From positions 3,008,001 to 3,072,000 of the forward strand of contig OZ241863.1 of assembly GCA_965203055.1 (NCBI GenBank): 64,000 bases of DNA. The letters are read 5' to 3'. The translations under genes and the position numbers were made by a program. This stretch comes from Spirochaetia bacterium. Lineage in GTDB: Bacteria > Spirochaetota > Spirochaetia > SZUA-6 > Bin103. This document shows positions 61,720 to 64,000 of this stretch, one piece after another (the first letter of the stretch is position 1; each line of letters starts with the position of its first letter). Under the pieces are notes generated by a model that saw only the letters and a program-made list of their open reading frames with translations, searched no databases and was not told where the DNA came from.

Positions 61720-63104
61720 ATGTACAATCAGGCTTCCGACGAGGCCGTCACCACTACCGTATCAGCCCTCTCAGACGACCGCCTGCTGGAGCGGACCAAG
61801 GAACTTTCCGGCATCGAACACCATCTCGAAGTGGTCGTGATCGACCACCTGCGCGAGATTCAGAAGCGCCGCCTGTATCTGCGCCGCGGGTTCTCGAGCC
61901 TGTTCGATTACGCGGTGCGCGAGTTGGGTTACAGCGACGCTGCGGCGTGGCGGCGCATCAAGGCGATGCGGCTCTGCGCGGAGGTCGAGGGCGTGCGTGA
62001 GCGCCTGCAGAATGGCTCGATGACGCTGAACGCGGCGGCGCAGTTGCAGAACGCCTTCGACCGGCAGGAGCGCAAGAAGGAACGGGCGGCGCGTAGCGCG
62101 CCGGGCGGTGTCGGGTGCGGGGCTGCCGCTCAGTCGCAGAACGGCTCGGCGCCGCCGCGGTCGGCGGAGCGGAAGCCGGCGCCGGTGCTGGATCCGGAGG
62201 CGCGGCGGGAGCTGGTGGAGCAGGCGTCCGGCAAGAGCAGCCGGGAGGTGATGCAGTTGCTGGCCGAGGTGGACCCGGAGCTGGCGGCGCCGGCGGATCG
62301 GGTGCGGGCGCTGGGCGGCGGGCACTGGGAGCTCAAGGCGGTGATCGACGATGAGTGCCGGCGCGGCTTGGAGCGGCTGAAGGGCCTCCTGTCCCACGTC
62401 GATCCGCACCTGACGATGGGGCAGCTCACGGCGCGGCTGGTGCGGGAAGGGCTCGACCGTCACGACCCGGCCCGGCCGCCGCGCGGGCGGCGCGCCGCGC
62501 CGGCCAAAGGCGCCGAGCAAACTTCGGCGCCGAAGACGCAGGCGGCCTCGGCTCGCGGCGCTGCCTCGGCAACGAAGCAGGAGGCCGGCGCGGACAGCGC
62601 CGCTCCTTCGGCGGCGAGGTATCGGCTCAGGCGGCGGCGCAGCCGGGAGACGAAGCCGCTGACCGCTCGGACACTTCGGCAGCGAAGCCGGCGGGCGACG
62701 CAACTTCGGCGCCGAAGACGCGGCGCCTCGGCCGGCCGGCTGCGGTGGCGTGCGTGGCGCGGGCTGCGCCGCCGGCGCGGACCGAAACTTCGGAAGCTAA
62801 GGCCGGCGGCGCGACCGGCCGCGCCATCCCGGCGGCGGTCAAGCGCGAGGTCTGGCGGCGCGATCGGGGCCGCTGCCGCTACGTGGACCGCACCAGCGGG
62901 CGCCGCTGCGGCTCCCAACACCTGCTGCAGATCGATCACGTGGTGCCGTATGCCTGCGGCGGCGGCGCCGAGCCGAACAATCTCCGCCTGCTGTGCGCCG
63001 CCCATCACCGCTACCGCCACGCCGGCGCCGGGTTCGGCCGCCCCGGCGAGGATCGGCAGGCGACGGTTCCGTTCAGCCCTACTGCCGAAAGCGTAGACCG
63101 GTGA
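61720..63104 (+). pseudogene. DUF222-like/HNH endonuclease with a 1-nt frameshift near 62617
   Basis: N-terminal LSDDRLL...HL.EI..RRLY...GFSSLFDY; C-terminal CRY...C...QIDHVVP..GG...NNLRLLCAAHH in the -1 frame. Confidence 0.82.
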
Positions 63105-63193
63105 TCAAGATCGCCGAGAAACGTCATCTTACACTGGGACTTGGGCTTGGCCGCCAAGCGGCCTGACGCTTACCTGCATTTGGAAATGCGCCC

Positions 63194-63203
63194 AGTGCCC
63201 GCC
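63194..63203 (+). repeat. Right direct repeat AGTGCCCGCC
   Basis: Identical to 58001-58010; abuts the right TIR. Confidence 0.75.
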
Positions 63204-63250
63204 GGCGCGCAGCCCGACATATTGACTAGTGATACCATAATGAATACCAT

Positions 63251-63313
63251 ATGGCAACGGATATTACTATAGATCGTGTCGGACTCGTTGTGGTGCCGAG
63301 AACAGTTCTGTGA
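63251..63313 (+). pseudogene. AbrB/MazE-type antitoxin remnant
   Basis: MATDITIDRVGLVVVPRTVL* resembles the AbrB N-terminus; TACCAT repeats upstream. Confidence 0.5.
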
Positions 63314-63377
63314 CCGGGGAACTTGGTTCCTGGTACCGTTCCGGCACCAATAGAAGAATTCCCCTGAGGAGGCGGTT

Positions 63378-63587
63378 ATGATGGGCGGTAATAAAATCAG
63401 AGAGATGATCGAATTACTTTCTCACTTTTTTTACTCTGATGAAGATGGTTTTGATATTATTGTGGATAGAAATACTTTAACTTTCAGTGATCTTCGGCGG
63501 ACTGATACTTTTTGTATAAAGACCAAACAAAATTTTGAGATTACACTAGATGAAAGATATGGGCTGCACTATAGACCAAGAAAATAG
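63378..63587 (+). CDS. Small AT-rich hypothetical protein (69 aa)
   Basis: GAGGAGG RBS, intact ORF in strongly AT-rich DNA. Confidence 0.55.
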   Translation: MMGGNKIREMIELLSHFFYSDEDGFDIIVDRNTLTFSDLRRTDTFCIKTKQNFEITLDERYGLHYRPRK

Positions 63588-63739
63588 AGAGCTAACTGCA
63601 AGAGCTATATCGCTTCGCTCGCTTCCGGATGACGGGCATTGCAGTGGTGACGCCGTGATCCACCCAACAGCGTGCTCACCACCCCGCTACCGGCCGTGTT
63701 TGCTACCGGTGACCCCAACGCAGGAGTAGAGGAGCTGGC

Positions 63740-64000
63740 GTGATCATCAAGAGCAACCCCGGCCACGTCGATACCGAGCGGATCGTGCTGTTTCCGTTCG
63801 ACGATCATGGCCTGCCGTTTCGTCACGGGGTGCGGCTCCATCTGGTGAGCCACCGGACGCCGGTGGACCGCACCCGCATCGTGGTTCCGCCCGGACCTCC
63901 CGGCGCGCCCGACAGCAAGCGCGTCATCTACTACGGCACGGTGCTCCGGGTCGGCGGCGAGCTGTGGATGTGGTATCTCGGACAGGGCGACGACGACCAC
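63740..64000 (+). CDS. Hypothetical protein, possibly beta-propeller glycosidase-like (3' truncated by window)
   Basis: GAGGAG RBS + GTG; open to window end: MIIKSNPG...LFPFDD...YYGTVLRVGGELWMWYLG. Confidence 0.65.
   Translation, partial: MIIKSNPGHVDTERIVLFPFDDHGLPFRHGVRLHLVSHRTPVDRTRIVVPPGPPGAPDSKRVIYYGTVLRVGGELWMWYLGQGDDDH

Larger units (their letters stand above)
58011..63193. mobile_element. Composite transposon-like unit bounded by two HNH-element copies
   Basis: Outer TIRs, 10-bp flanking duplication, cargo of TA pair and surface lipoprotein. Confidence 0.68.
61567..63193 (+). mobile_element. TIR-bounded element encoding a DUF222-like HNH endonuclease
   Basis: Left GGGCGCACTTCCAATTTGCTGGTA; right (reverse complement) GGGCGCATTTCCAAATGCAGGTA. 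Confidence 0.72.

Noticed and set aside
63605..64000. 131-aa minus-strand ORF
   Set aside because: The plus-strand frame from 63740 has an RBS and protein-like sequence; the minus ORF is its shadow

Overview
High-GC bacterial chromosomal window. Lipoprotein types, ABC binding-protein leaders and the aroD-aroE fusion suggest a Spirochaetota member. Ankyrin, beta-propeller, PhyH, Rpn, TA and R-M content resembles host-associated (e.g. sponge) symbionts; both assignments are inference. 1-28.3 kb is mostly core genome: nqrF, a prenyltransferase, a lower-GC sugar ABC operon with two unknown exported proteins, ndk, a nitrogen-assimilation cluster (glnA, ACT-ACT-GlnE fusion, PII lacking Tyr51, amtB, NifA-like GAF-AAA+ activator), an aminotransferase, a MalK-type ATPase, a LysM lipoprotein, aroDE, a SPOR protein, hisC, tRNA-Phe, trxB, sod and a DsbA-like protein. 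28.4-64 kb is accessory or defence DNA: SNF2/SWIM, a 14-repeat propeller, AAA_21 + DUF4276, type III-like R-M with an orphan MNT, two Rpn remnants bracketing an ABC/glycosidase-like module, Fic, orphan BrnA, AAA-DUF4143 and an ankyrin protein. Most notable: (1) a ~5.2 kb composite mobile-like unit (58011-63193) flanked by a 10-bp direct repeat. It is built from two copies of a terminal-inverted-repeat element whose only gene is a DUF222-like HNH nuclease (no transposase), and carries a PIN-type TA pair and a repeat-rich surface lipoprotein split at a poly-G tract. (2) An apparently GlnD-independent nitrogen circuit with near-identical sigma54 promoters and a recurring CTAC-N6-GTAG enhancer motif. 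(3) Rpn remnants that keep only the internally initiated C-terminal antitoxin. All calls were made by eye; no searches were run.
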